This document shows positions 1 to 8,487 of a stretch of DNA of 56,393 nucleotides, piece by piece. The notes under the pieces were generated by a model, which made no database searches, was not told the DNA's origin, and saw only the letters and a program-made list of their open reading frames with translations. How positions within the stretch are numbered: position 1 is the first letter of the stretch; every line of letters begins with the position of its first letter. The translations under genes and the position numbers were made by a program. Source of the stretch: a virus (lineage: Duplodnaviria; Caudoviricetes); IMG/VR virus record IMGVR_UViG_3300018476_000015, positions 1 to 56,393 of that record; one strand, 5' to 3'.

Positions 1-2
1 AC

Positions 3-182
3 ACCGTCGACGCCGCCGGACGTGGACGGTGGACGGCCCCCCTCTTCGACCTGCTGCAGGACCTGGTCGAGCGCAAGGTGCTGGAGAAGAGCGCCAACGG
101 CGACTACCGCCGGCCCGGCGCCAAGGGGCTCGGGGCCCGCGTCGGGGAGGACACCGCCGTCGCCCGCCGGCGGCGCGCCTAG
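3..182 (+). CDS. Partial CDS (3' end), possible winged-helix C-terminus
   Basis: Open GC3-rich frame from window start to TAG 180-182 (…LFDLLQDLVERKVLEKSANGDYRR…). Confidence 0.6.
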   Translation, partial: TVDAAGRGRWTAPLFDLLQDLVERKVLEKSANGDYRRPGAKGLGARVGEDTAVARRRRA

Positions 183-191
183 TCGTCGCGC

Positions 192-264
192 TTGCGGTTG
201 CACCCACGACCTGGTATACTCTCTTTGCGGGCGGGGACGTGCCCCGACCGCGAGGAGGGTGCCC
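192..264 (+). promoter_or_regulatory. Repeated promoter-hairpin element, copy 1
   Basis: TTGCGG 192-197, 17 bp, TATACT 215-220; stem-loop with GGG-ACGTG-CCC (loop 237-241); GAGGAGG before ATG 265. Confidence 0.85.
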
Positions 265-417
265 ATGGAATGCATCTGCTTGAAGTGCCTGGCCCGGGAG
301 GTGTCCTTCATCCACTTCACGGTGCGCATGAAGTCCGAGCGCCGGGCGCTGCGCCGCGCCGGCGAGGAGCGCGCCGCCGCCCTGGCCGCCTTGGTGCGCC
401 ACGAGGTGTACCGCTAA
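265..417 (+). CDS. Hypothetical protein (50 aa, CxCxxC N-terminus)
   Basis: SD GAGGAGG, ATG 265, directly after promoter element. Confidence 0.7.
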   Translation: MECICLKCLAREVSFIHFTVRMKSERRALRRAGEERAAALAALVRHEVYR

Positions 418-791
418 TGGCCCGCCACAAGAAGGTGGTCGAGCCCTCGGTCTACGTCTACTACAACGAGGCGGCCGAGACCTACTGGCTGATCGAGGAG
501 ACGCCCGAGCGCGCCGGCGGGCAGGGGCGCAGCTACCGCGAGGACGGCTTCCGCGTCCCCTTCGAGGAGCGGGGCGAGGAGGCGGCGTTCGCCCGCGCCG
601 CCCAGTGGCTGGGCTGCGACCGCTTCGACCTCGACATCGCCCACCTGGCCAACGACCCCGACCGCGAGGAGACGGACGCCTACGGCTCGCCCATCCCCCA
701 GGAGAACTACCGCTGCACCGTCGATGTCCGCAGCCAGGAGTTGACCGCCCACCTGGCCGAGATTGCCGCCCGGAAAGAGAGCAGCCGATGA
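417..791 (+). CDS. Hypothetical phage protein
   Basis: TAATG stop/start overlap; MARHKKVVEPSVYVYY…. Confidence 0.75.
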   Translation: MARHKKVVEPSVYVYYNEAAETYWLIEETPERAGGQGRSYREDGFRVPFEERGEEAAFARAAQWLGCDRFDLDIAHLANDPDREETDAYGSPIPQENYRCTVDVRSQELTAHLAEIAARKESSR

Positions 792-1339
792 CCGACACCA
801 CCACCGCCCGCAAGCACTACGTCGAGCCCGCCGGCACCGTCTACCCCGAGACCGAGTGGACCCCGCTCGACCCGAGCACCGACAACCACAAGGCCCTGCT
901 GGCCGAGTGGACGGACGCCGCGCGCAAGCGCTACGCCGAGCACCAGGGGCGCCGGGCCCAGGGCTCCCTGGCCATCAAGCTGGAGGCCGAGCGCACCCTG
1001 CGCCTGCTGTTCCTCGTGCGCTGCGAGCACCAGGACGCCAAGGACCTCCGGGCCCTGTGGGAGGAGAGCCGGGACAAGGTCGAGGGCGTCCGCCAGCAGC
1101 GCGACGAGGCGCAGCGCGAGCGCAACCGCCTGACCGAGCGCGTTGCCATCCTGGAGCAGTCCCTGGGCGAGGCCCTGGACGAGGTGGAGAAGCTGCGCCA
1201 GGCCGGCCGCGCCAACGCCGCCCTGGCCAAGGACCTGAGCACCGCCGGCAACGGGCTGGGCAAGCGCCTGGTGGCCCTGACCGAGGCCATCCTGGCCGCC
1301 GCCGACGAGCACGGCCTGAGAGAGGAAGCTGGAGCGTGA
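788..1339 (+). CDS. Coiled-coil hypothetical protein
   Basis: ATGA overlap; heptad-like E/R/L/A-rich C-terminal half. Confidence 0.75.
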   Translation: MTDTTTARKHYVEPAGTVYPETEWTPLDPSTDNHKALLAEWTDAARKRYAEHQGRRAQGSLAIKLEAERTLRLLFLVRCEHQDAKDLRALWEESRDKVEGVRQQRDEAQRERNRLTERVAILEQSLGEALDEVEKLRQAGRANAALAKDLSTAGNGLGKRLVALTEAILAAADEHGLREEAGA

Positions 1340-1554
1340 ACGAGGTAACCCTGCCCGACGAGTACACCGACGACCCGCCCGGGGTGGGGGTCAACGACCC
1401 CATCACCCTGCGCGACGCCCTGCGCCTGGCCGTGGCCGAGCGCGACAAGGCCATCGAGCGGGCCGAGCGCTGGGAGAAGGCCTACGGGCGCCTGGAGGCC
1501 AAGCTGGCCAACGCCCGGATCAAGACCCGAGCCCTCGCCGGCGCCCTGGACTAG
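1336..1554 (+). CDS. Small coiled-coil protein, paralogue of 8168..8413
   Basis: GTGA overlap; C-terminus RLEAKLANARIK shared with 8168..8413. Confidence 0.75.
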   Translation: MNEVTLPDEYTDDPPGVGVNDPITLRDALRLAVAERDKAIERAERWEKAYGRLEAKLANARIKTRALAGALD

Positions 1555-1569
1555 CCCCGTCCGCAGCCC

Positions 1570-1642
1570 TTGCGGTTCAACCCACGACTTGGTACACTTG
1601 GAGAGCCGGCGGGACGTGCCCGCCGGCGAAGGAGCAGGGCCC
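1570..1642 (+). promoter_or_regulatory. Repeated promoter-hairpin element, copy 2
   Basis: TTGCGG 1570-1575, 17 bp, TACACT 1593-1598; GCCGGCGGG-ACGTG-CCCGCCGGC; AAGGAG before ATG 1643. Confidence 0.85.
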
Positions 1643-1897
1643 ATGAGCGAGCGCAGCATCGACCCCGACGCCGGCATCGCGGACGACGACGTGCACACCC
1701 ACTACGAGGAGTTCGAGGACCTGGAGGCCGACCGCGCCGAGTGGGACGACGGCTCCGACGAGGGCGAGGACGACGACCTGCCGGTCTGCCCCGAGTGCCA
1801 CGGCTACCTGATCCCCCTGGGCAGCCTGGGGCGCGTCGACCACTTCCGCTGCCGCGCCTGCGGCGCCGATAGCTGCATCGTCCGGGGAGCCCGCTAG
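1643..1897 (+). CDS. Acidic protein with C-terminal zinc ribbon
   Basis: CPEC…CRAC; D/E-rich N-terminus. Confidence 0.75.
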   Translation: MSERSIDPDAGIADDDVHTHYEEFEDLEADRAEWDDGSDEGEDDDLPVCPECHGYLIPLGSLGRVDHFRCRACGADSCIVRGAR

Positions 1898-2370
1898 TGG
1901 CCTTTCGCTTCGCCCTCCCCACCCCCATCGGCACGCCGGTGCGCGTCTACCGCAACCTGCACCCCACCAAGCCCACCTGGTCGATCCAGGCCAAGGTGCG
2001 CATCCCCGGCACGCGGCGCCACACCTGGAAGGTGGTGGGCTGGTCGGACAACCTGGTGCTGGCCGACGCCGGCTTCCAGGTCTACGAGGCGGGGCTGCGC
2101 CGGGTCCTGGCCACCGGCGTCAAGAACGTGCACGCCTACGTCCTGGGCACCCTGGCCAAGGTGGGCTACCCCCTGGACGACGGGCTGGGGGTCTACGCCG
2201 ACCGGGTCAAGTACGACCCCCGCCGGCGCCTGCCCTACTTCTTCTCGCCGGCGTACCGGGACGTGCGCGTCGACGGCGCCCCCGGCGTCGTGCTGAACGA
2301 GCGCGGGGAGGTCTGGACGCGCCAGACCGCCCCCAGGATGATCGAGGAGGCCGCCCATGCCGAAGTTTGA
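1897..2370 (+). CDS. Conserved phage hypothetical protein
   Basis: TAGTG overlap; VRVYRNLH…WSIQ…G.RRV….VKNVHAYV.G…VKYDP pattern typical of a widespread small phage family. Confidence 0.75.
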   Translation: MAFRFALPTPIGTPVRVYRNLHPTKPTWSIQAKVRIPGTRRHTWKVVGWSDNLVLADAGFQVYEAGLRRVLATGVKNVHAYVLGTLAKVGYPLDDGLGVYADRVKYDPRRRLPYFFSPAYRDVRVDGAPGVVLNERGEVWTRQTAPRMIEEAAHAEV

Positions 2371-2617
2371 GGCCCAGGTCAGCGTGCAGATCACCCGCCA
2401 GTACGAGGTCGTGCTCCAGGTCGAGGCCCTCGATGAGGACGAGGCCCGGGACAAGCTGGAGCACGAGGCCCTGGGGATGAAGCAGCGCGACCTCGACCGC
2501 TTCGTCGGGGGGGCGACCAACCCCAGCAGCTACTACGACGGCGAGATGACCGTGCTCGACCACATCGGCCAGGTCGAGGAAGTGCCCGAGACCGAGGAGG
2601 AGACCGCCCATGAGTGA
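2357..2617 (+). CDS. Hypothetical protein
   Basis: SD GAGGAGG, ATG, GC3-rich. Confidence 0.75.
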   Translation: MPKFEAQVSVQITRQYEVVLQVEALDEDEARDKLEHEALGMKQRDLDRFVGGATNPSSYYDGEMTVLDHIGQVEEVPETEEETAHE

Positions 2618-3101
2618 CCCGAGCCAGTTCTACTACGCCAAGTTCGACCCCAAGCAGCGCCCCTTCGTCTACATCGTGGGGCCCGTCCCGCCGGCGGCCG
2701 GCTTCAACGGGGGCGGGCACCGGGCCCTCTCCCTGAGCGACCGCGACGCTAACAGCACCGACGACCTGGAGGCGCTGGCCCTCGCCGGGGTGCTGGACAC
2801 CGAGCCCGTGGTGTTCGACGGGGCGCCGCCCCAGCGCACGCCGCACCCCCGCGCCCACTACCACCGCTGGCGCCTCGGGAGCGACGAGTACGTCTACCAC
2901 GCCCACCCCGAGGAGCGGGACTTTCCGGGGCACAAGCACTTCCACCTGGACGGGCACGCCATGTACTACGTGCCCCTGGCCGCCGCCGATCCCCCGCCGG
3001 AGCCCACGAGCGAGCCGCCGGCCAGCGAGCCCGACGACGACGAGTGGTTCGTGCCGGGCCCCGGCGGCGGGTACCTCGGGGACCCCAGGGACCGCCGATG
3101 A
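2610..3101 (+). CDS. Hypothetical protein
   Basis: SD GAGGAG, ATG, GC3-rich. Confidence 0.75.
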   Translation: MSDPSQFYYAKFDPKQRPFVYIVGPVPPAAGFNGGGHRALSLSDRDANSTDDLEALALAGVLDTEPVVFDGAPPQRTPHPRAHYHRWRLGSDEYVYHAHPEERDFPGHKHFHLDGHAMYYVPLAAADPPPEPTSEPPASEPDDDEWFVPGPGGGYLGDPRDRR

Positions 3102-3316
3102 CCCGCGTCTCAGAGCAGCTCTGGGTCTGCCGGTGGCCGGCCGACGTGAACGACCTGGATTGGGCACTCTACGCGTTTGCGCCCGACCTGACGCCCAAGC
3201 AATTCGACGCGCTGCGCCGGATGCTGCTGGCCCTCGACCGGAGCGACGAACCGCCGCGCCGCCGGCGGGCGACCCGCACGCCCACCCCTACGGAGACGAA
3301 CGATGAAACGCAGTAG
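3098..3316 (+). CDS. Small hypothetical protein
   Basis: ATGA overlap with upstream gene; weaker codon bias. Confidence 0.55.
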   Translation: MTRVSEQLWVCRWPADVNDLDWALYAFAPDLTPKQFDALRRMLLALDRSDEPPRRRRATRTPTPTETNDETQ

Positions 3317-3396
3317 ACACCGGGGGCTCACCCGAAGCGCAGGCGCTGCGCCCCGCCGGCGCTTTACCAACCCGACCGAATGGACAGACGGTTGAT

Positions 3397-3425
3397 TTGC
3401 CGTTTGGACAACGTCATGCTACAGT
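3397..3425 (+). promoter_or_regulatory. Sigma70-type promoter without hairpin
   Basis: TTGCCG 3397-3402, 17 bp, TACAGT 3420-3425 with extended TG; GGAGG downstream. Confidence 0.55.
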
Positions 3426-3448
3426 CCTGAGTGGAGGTACCCGCCCAC

Positions 3449-4384
3449 ATGGCAATGACGCGAACCGCCCGCGACGCACCGCTGTACGCCGAGCCCACGC
3501 TCACCCTCGACCAGGCCGCGGCCGACCTGCGCGCCCTCGTGGAGGGGGAGCGGGCGCTGGCCACCCGCACCCGGAACAACCTCCTCGCCCAGGGGGACAT
3601 CGCGCTGGCCGCCGTGCCGTCCGGGGCCCTGGGGGCGCTGGCGGTGCTGGCCAAGCTGGCCGGCCTCGACGCCCAGACCCTGCAGCACCGCTGGGAGGTG
3701 GCCAGCTACTGGCCGGTCTCCGAGCGGGGCGACCGGCCCTGGGTCGTGCTGGAGACCCTGGTCACGGTGAAGGACCCGCAGGAGAACGCCCGGCTGCGGG
3801 CGCTCTTCGACGCGCCCAACCCCGACCACCCCCAGGGCAAGTGGACGCGCGCCGCCGTCCGGCGCGTCCGGGGCCAGATCGTGGGCCACACCGGCACGGC
3901 GGCGGACGTGGCCGACCTGCCCCTGGCCGAGAAGGTGGCCGCCGTCGCCCGCCTGGTGGCCGACCCGGCCGTGCGCGACGCCGTGGCGGTGCCCGGCTCC
4001 GAGGCCGGGCTGGCCATCAACCGCCTGTCCGCCGAGCGCAACGCCAAGCTGGACGAGGCCTTCCAGGCCCGGCGGATCGAGGTCGACACCTACCTGCTGG
4101 AGAACAGCCCCACCCACGAGGGGCTGGAGGCCGCCGCGGCGGTCAACGACCTGCTGGGGCTGGCCAACGCCTTCGCCCGGGGCGTGGGGCACGCCCTGGA
4201 GCGCATCCGCGCCCTGCACGGCGACGGGCCCCTGGCCCAGAACCTGTTCCTGCGCGACGCCAACGCCCGCGCCCGCGGCGCCGTCGACCAGATCGACGCC
4301 CTGCTCGCCACCGGCCGTCCCGGGGGCGACATCGACCGCTTCCTGCTGACCGTGCTGACCGAGTCGAAGGAGGACCGCCCGTAA
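3449..4384 (+). CDS. Hypothetical helical protein, possibly DUF6192-like
   Basis: SD GGAGG; RWEVASYWP…KWT…EKVAAVARL resembles DUF6192 from memory (unverified). Confidence 0.7.
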   Translation: MAMTRTARDAPLYAEPTLTLDQAAADLRALVEGERALATRTRNNLLAQGDIALAAVPSGALGALAVLAKLAGLDAQTLQHRWEVASYWPVSERGDRPWVVLETLVTVKDPQENARLRALFDAPNPDHPQGKWTRAAVRRVRGQIVGHTGTAADVADLPLAEKVAAVARLVADPAVRDAVAVPGSEAGLAINRLSAERNAKLDEAFQARRIEVDTYLLENSPTHEGLEAAAAVNDLLGLANAFARGVGHALERIRALHGDGPLAQNLFLRDANARARGAVDQIDALLATGRPGGDIDRFLLTVLTESKEDRP

Positions 4385-4785
4385 TGCGTATGCTCGACGC
4401 CATCCGCCTGGTCGTGCCCCACATCCCCTGGGGCATCACCGACTGGTCGCAGTGCCGGTACCGCGCCGACATCGCCGCCCGCGCCGGCGTCTCCATCGGC
4501 GTGCTCGACGCCGTGGAGCGCTCCATCCGGCGCGACCTGCCCCAGTTCCCGCTGGTCTCCCACAACGCCTTCGGGCTGGGCTTCTCCACCGAGCCGGCCA
4601 TGGTAGCCGACCACCTCCGGCGCCGGGCCGGCTACGTGCTCACCGTCCTGCGCGTCGAAGAGGCCAACCTCATGCGCCACATCGAGAGCCAGGCCCTGGG
4701 GCTCACCCTGCCCGAGCAGCGGGTGGTGAAGATGGCCTTCTCGAACGCCGTCACCGCCGGCTCGATGGTGGCCCTGCCCCGGTAG
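4384..4785 (+). CDS. Hypothetical protein, possible HTH
   Basis: TAATG overlap; YRADIAARAGVSIGVL. Confidence 0.7.
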   Translation: MRMLDAIRLVVPHIPWGITDWSQCRYRADIAARAGVSIGVLDAVERSIRRDLPQFPLVSHNAFGLGFSTEPAMVADHLRRRAGYVLTVLRVEEANLMRHIESQALGLTLPEQRVVKMAFSNAVTAGSMVALPR

Positions 4786-4818
4786 AATCGCCGGACTGCT
4801 TCTCTCTTTCCTCTTCTG

Positions 4819-4851
4819 CAGCGCCCCGGGTGGCCATCGCCCGGGGCGCTG
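4819..4851 (+). terminator. GC-rich intergenic stem-loop (possible terminator or processing site)
   Basis: CAGCGCCCCGGG-N9-CCCGGGGCGCTG; no clear U-tract. Confidence 0.45.
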
Positions 4852-4991
4852 TGATTCCCGGGCCTAACCTGGTACGGCCCCTGGTGGCCGCAAGGCGACG
4901 CCGCCCTGTAGCATGGCGCTGGCCGCCCGAACCTGCCCATGTCCGCACGTCCGCGCCCGCCCGGGCGGACCACGCCGAGGAGGGACGCCCC

Positions 4992-6185
4992 ATGTCCGTC
5001 GCCGCCCCGCCCGCGCCCCCGTCCGCCCCGGGGGGACGCAACTGGTCGACCGGCTTCGACCGCCTGCCCCTGACCGGCCTGCACATCGCCCACGAGTACG
5101 CCCGCCCGCTGCGCCCCGGCTGGGTCGACCAACTCCGCAAGGAGTGGGACGACCTGCAGGCGGGGCCCCTGATCGTGTCCCTGCGCCCCGACCGGCGGTA
5201 CTACATCATCGCCGGCGGGCACCGCTACAGCGGGCTGTGGTCGAAGCTGGACGAGCAGCAGCGCAAGGAGACCTACGTCGACTGCTACATCTACGTCGGG
5301 CTGACGCTGAAGCAGGAGGCGATCATCTTCCACAGCCTGGACACCCAGCGCCTGCAGCACTCGGCCGGCGACCAGGTGCCCGCCCAGCGCCTGATGGACG
5401 ACCGGCGCATCCTCGACATCGACCGCATCCTGGCCACCATCCCCGCCCCGGGCGCGGCCGACCCGCTGTTCATCGACCTGCTGCCCCGCCGGGGCGACCA
5501 CAACGTCAAGGCCATCGGGGCCATCAGCGCCCTGCAGCGCTGCTACGACATGGCCGGCCCGGTGGACTTCGAGCGGGCCCTGCGGGTCATCTACGACGCC
5601 TGGATCGACCCGCCGGCGCCCATCGCCACCCCCCAGGTGCGCCCCTACACCGCCGAGTCGCTGCGCGCCGTCACCGGCGTGGTGGCCCGCTTCTGCCGGC
5701 CGGACGTGCGCCCCTACCCGGTGGTGGTCGAGGACCTGGTGGACGCCCTGCGCATCGTCACCCCCACCGGCTTCAAGGCCACCGTGCTCCAGGAGCGGGC
5801 CAAGAGCATGAACGCCCAGGCCGGGCAGGGCGAGCGGACGCTGATGCTGGCCCTGCTGGGGGTCTACAACGCCCACCTCCGCTCCAAGCGCCAGGGGCGC
5901 CGGCAGGTCGACCTGGGCCTGGTGATGACCCGGGTGCCCTGGTACCACTCCGAGACGCCCGAGGCCCCGCCCCGCAACCAGACGGCCAGCCAGCGCGCCC
6001 ACAACGAGGAGAAGCGCCGGCGCCGGGCCGAGGAGCGCAAGCGCCGGGCGGCGCAGGAGGCCATCAACCGCGCCCAGCAGGCCCCAGGGGGCTCCACAGG
6101 GCCCCAGGCGGGCCCTACGCCTCCCGGCCCGGTATCGTGGCCGTATGGCCCCCAGGAAGCGCCTCCGAGCCCGCCGGCGGACTAA
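4992..6185 (+). CDS. ParB/Srx-like (DUF6551-like) domain protein, paralogue of 18565..19497
   Basis: Y.RPLRP.WV..L…WD…G.LIVS.R.D.RYYII.G.HR…CYIY.GLTL.QEA.IF; SD AGGAGG. Confidence 0.75.
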   Translation: MSVAAPPAPPSAPGGRNWSTGFDRLPLTGLHIAHEYARPLRPGWVDQLRKEWDDLQAGPLIVSLRPDRRYYIIAGGHRYSGLWSKLDEQQRKETYVDCYIYVGLTLKQEAIIFHSLDTQRLQHSAGDQVPAQRLMDDRRILDIDRILATIPAPGAADPLFIDLLPRRGDHNVKAIGAISALQRCYDMAGPVDFERALRVIYDAWIDPPAPIATPQVRPYTAESLRAVTGVVARFCRPDVRPYPVVVEDLVDALRIVTPTGFKATVLQERAKSMNAQAGQGERTLMLALLGVYNAHLRSKRQGRRQVDLGLVMTRVPWYHSETPEAPPRNQTASQRAHNEEKRRRRAEERKRRAAQEAINRAQQAPGGSTGPQAGPTPPGPVSWPYGPQEAPPSPPAD

Positions 6186-6462
6186 GCCCGCCCCCGCTGC
6201 GCCCGCCGCCCCGCCCTACCCGGCGGGCGTAGACGACCTGCTGCCCAACGAGCGGGCCACCTTCTTCCTCGCCGTGGAGAAGCTGGCCCTCTCCGGCTGC
6301 CCGACCGACTTCGCCGTCATCCTGGTCTGGAACGCCGGCGCCTGGGCGTCCATGGCCCGGATGGTGCTCGACGCCGCCGTCGTGGATGTCGACCCGGTCA
6401 AGAAGCACGTCCGGCTCATCCCCCGCCCCGACGACCCGGTGGTGCTCACCCGGCCCTCCTGA
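6145..6462 (+). CDS. Hypothetical protein
   Basis: GC3-rich ORF ending directly before promoter copy 3. Confidence 0.65.
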   Translation: MAPRKRLRARRRTKPAPAAPAAPPYPAGVDDLLPNERATFFLAVEKLALSGCPTDFAVILVWNAGAWASMARMVLDAAVVDVDPVKKHVRLIPRPDDPVVLTRPS

Positions 6463-6463
6463 T

Positions 6464-6533
6464 TTGCGGTTCAGCCCACGACCTGATATACTCTAGAAGC
6501 CGGAGGGACGTGCCCCCGGCCCTGGAGGCGCCC
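6464..6533 (+). promoter_or_regulatory. Repeated promoter-hairpin element, copy 3
   Basis: TTGCGG 6464-6469, 17 bp, TATACT 6487-6492; GCCGG(A)GGG-ACGTG-CCCCCGGC; GGAGG. Confidence 0.85.
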
Positions 6534-6848
6534 ATGACCAGCACCACCAAGACCGTCAAGAACCCCTACGACGCGGCCTACTGGGACGCCCGGCGGGCCG
6601 AGCGCCTGGCCCAGGAGCGCGCCGACGCCGACGTGCACCGCGACATCGCCCTCGACTACGAGCGCCAGGCGATCCTGGCCGAGGCCGTCGAGCGCCTCGC
6701 CCGCCGGGTCGAGGCCGCCGACGCCCAGGTCGCCCAGTACGCCGCCGAGCGGGGCGTCAACCACGCCTACTACCGGGGCAAGGGCGAGGGGCTGGAGGTC
6801 GCCCTGGCCGTCCTGCGGGGCGTCATCACCGACCGGAGCGCCCGCTGA
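6534..6848 (+). CDS. Hypothetical protein
   Basis: SD GGAGG, ATG 6534. Confidence 0.75.
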   Translation: MTSTTKTVKNPYDAAYWDARRAERLAQERADADVHRDIALDYERQAILAEAVERLARRVEAADAQVAQYAAERGVNHAYYRGKGEGLEVALAVLRGVITDRSAR

Positions 6849-7156
6849 TGCTGGCCCCCGATCCGCTCGCCTCAGCGCTCCGGGCCCGCCAGCAGCGGGC
6901 CCTGGCCAAGGCCCTCGCCTGGGGGCTCCAGGGCGACGTGCAGCCCCTGGGGACGATGGCCTACGCCGTCCCCAGCCGGACCGAGCCCGGGCGCAGCTAC
7001 CGCGTCGCCCGCACCCGGCGCGCCGGCGCCGAGCACCTCATCTGCGACTGCCCCGCAGGGCTCGCCGGCGTCCCCTGCGTGCACACCGCCGCCGTCTACA
7101 TCCACCGCCTGGAGCAGCGCACCGGGGGCACGGTCACCGCCGTGCGCCCGGCCTAG
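6848..7156 (+). CDS. SWIM zinc-finger protein
   Basis: AVPSRT….YRV…CDCPA…PCVH = CxC-xn-CxH SWIM motif. Confidence 0.8.
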   Translation: MLAPDPLASALRARQQRALAKALAWGLQGDVQPLGTMAYAVPSRTEPGRSYRVARTRRAGAEHLICDCPAGLAGVPCVHTAAVYIHRLEQRTGGTVTAVRPA

Positions 7157-7165
7157 GCTCGAGGG

Positions 7166-7237
7166 TTGCGGTTCAACCCACGACCTGTTATACTCGGAGA
7201 GCGGGCGGGACGTGCCCCCCGCGCCACGAGGTCGCCC
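7166..7237 (+). promoter_or_regulatory. Repeated promoter-hairpin element, copy 4
   Basis: TTGCGG 7166-7171, 17 bp, TATACT 7189-7194; GCGGG(C)GGG-ACGTG-CCCCCCGC. Confidence 0.85.
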
Positions 7238-7441
7238 ATGACCAGCGCCACCCCGCCCACCCCCGAGCAGTTGCGCTGCGCGCACGACTGGCACCGCACG
7301 ACCGAGTACGCCCCGCGCCAGCGCAACCAGCCGGCGACACGCATCTACTTCCGCGACCTGTCCTTCTGCGCCAAGTGTGGGCTGGTCTCCCGGGGCCCGC
7401 TGTACCGGGCCCTCGCCCCCAAGCGCAAGGGGACCCGCTAG
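7238..7441 (+). CDS. Small Cys/His protein
   Basis: CxHxW…CxxCG; SD GAGG. Confidence 0.7.
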   Translation: MTSATPPTPEQLRCAHDWHRTTEYAPRQRNQPATRIYFRDLSFCAKCGLVSRGPLYRALAPKRKGTR

Positions 7442-7647
7442 TGGCCTTCCACCCCAGCCAGCGCCCCCGGGTGGGCGACTGGAAGAACGAGGTGCGCCGG
7501 CGCGCCGCCCCGCTGATGGCCTCCTGGAACCAGGCCATGGCCCAGGCCGAGGACGAACTGCGCGCCGAGGGCCGGTACCACACCATGATCCACGAAGTCG
7601 AGGAGCGCGCCCGCGCCATCCTCACCCGCCCGAAAGGAGCCCGCTGA
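7441..7647 (+). CDS. Hypothetical protein
   Basis: TAGTG overlap, GC3-rich. Confidence 0.65.
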   Translation: MAFHPSQRPRVGDWKNEVRRRAAPLMASWNQAMAQAEDELRAEGRYHTMIHEVEERARAILTRPKGAR

Positions 7648-8168
7648 TGGCCTACTTCACCTCCGAGGACGAGAAGCTGCGCGAGAACGAGCGCCTGTAC
7701 GCCCCCGTCGCCGTCACCGCCACCGAGTTGCGCCGCACCATCGTGGTGGGCGGCTCCGTCCACGACGCCACCGCCGTCGTCCGCGGGCTGACCGTTCGCA
7801 TCTGGTGGGAGGCCGAGCAGAACCTGCCGGCCGGTCAGGTCAGGGCCTACGGCTGGAAGTGGAGCCTCAACGGCGAGGGCCCGGACGTGTGGTACCCGGA
7901 CGTGGACATGATCTTCCAGTACCTGGCCGACCGCTGGGGCCCCATCGAGGCCGAGGCCAAGGGCGAGACCCTGCAGGCCAACCTGGACGACGTGGTGCGC
8001 GACCGCTCGGCCCTGCTGCGCCAGGTGCGCGACCTGCGCGCCGAACTGGCCCAGGCCCGCGTCGAGGTCGACCAGGTGATCGCCCAGCGCGACGCCCTCA
8101 AGGCCAAGCTGGGCTGGGCCCAGGACGAACTGAGCAAGGTCTGGAGCGCCCTGCGGGGGCTCCGCTGA
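7647..8168 (+). CDS. Hypothetical protein with coiled-coil C-terminus
   Basis: TGATG overlap; SD AAGGAG. Confidence 0.75.
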   Translation: MAYFTSEDEKLRENERLYAPVAVTATELRRTIVVGGSVHDATAVVRGLTVRIWWEAEQNLPAGQVRAYGWKWSLNGEGPDVWYPDVDMIFQYLADRWGPIEAEAKGETLQANLDDVVRDRSALLRQVRDLRAELAQARVEVDQVIAQRDALKAKLGWAQDELSKVWSALRGLR

Positions 8169-8413
8169 TGCGCGAGAACGACGCCCGCACCGCCCTGGAC
8201 GAGGCGCTCGCCACCATCGAGCGCCTGCGCGCCGACCTCGCCCGCGTCCGGGCGGCGCACGGCGAGACGATGCGCGAGTTGGACGCCGCCGTCGAGGCCC
8301 GGGACAAGGCCGACGAGCGGACCGCCCGCTGGACGGCGGCCTACGAGCGACTGGAGGCCAAGCTGGCCAACGCCCGGATCAAGGCCAAGGCCCTGGCCGA
8401 CGCCCTGCGCTAG
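8168..8413 (+). CDS. Small coiled-coil protein, paralogue of 1336..1554
   Basis: Shares 33 identical bp CTGGAGGCCAAGCTGGCCAACGCCCGGATCAAG with 1492-1524. Confidence 0.75.
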   Translation: MRENDARTALDEALATIERLRADLARVRAAHGETMRELDAAVEARDKADERTARWTAAYERLEAKLANARIKAKALADALR

Positions 8414-8415
8414 AT

Positions 8416-8487
8416 TTGCGGTTCGACGCACGACCTGTTATACTCAAGAGGTCGGCGGGATGTGCCCGCCGGCCCCAGGAGGCGCCC
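8416..8487 (+). promoter_or_regulatory. Repeated promoter-hairpin element, copy 5
   Basis: TTGCGG 8416-8421, 17 bp, TATACT 8439-8444; GGTCGGCGGG-ATGTG-CCCGCCGGCC (one G-U pair); AGGAGG. Confidence 0.85.
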
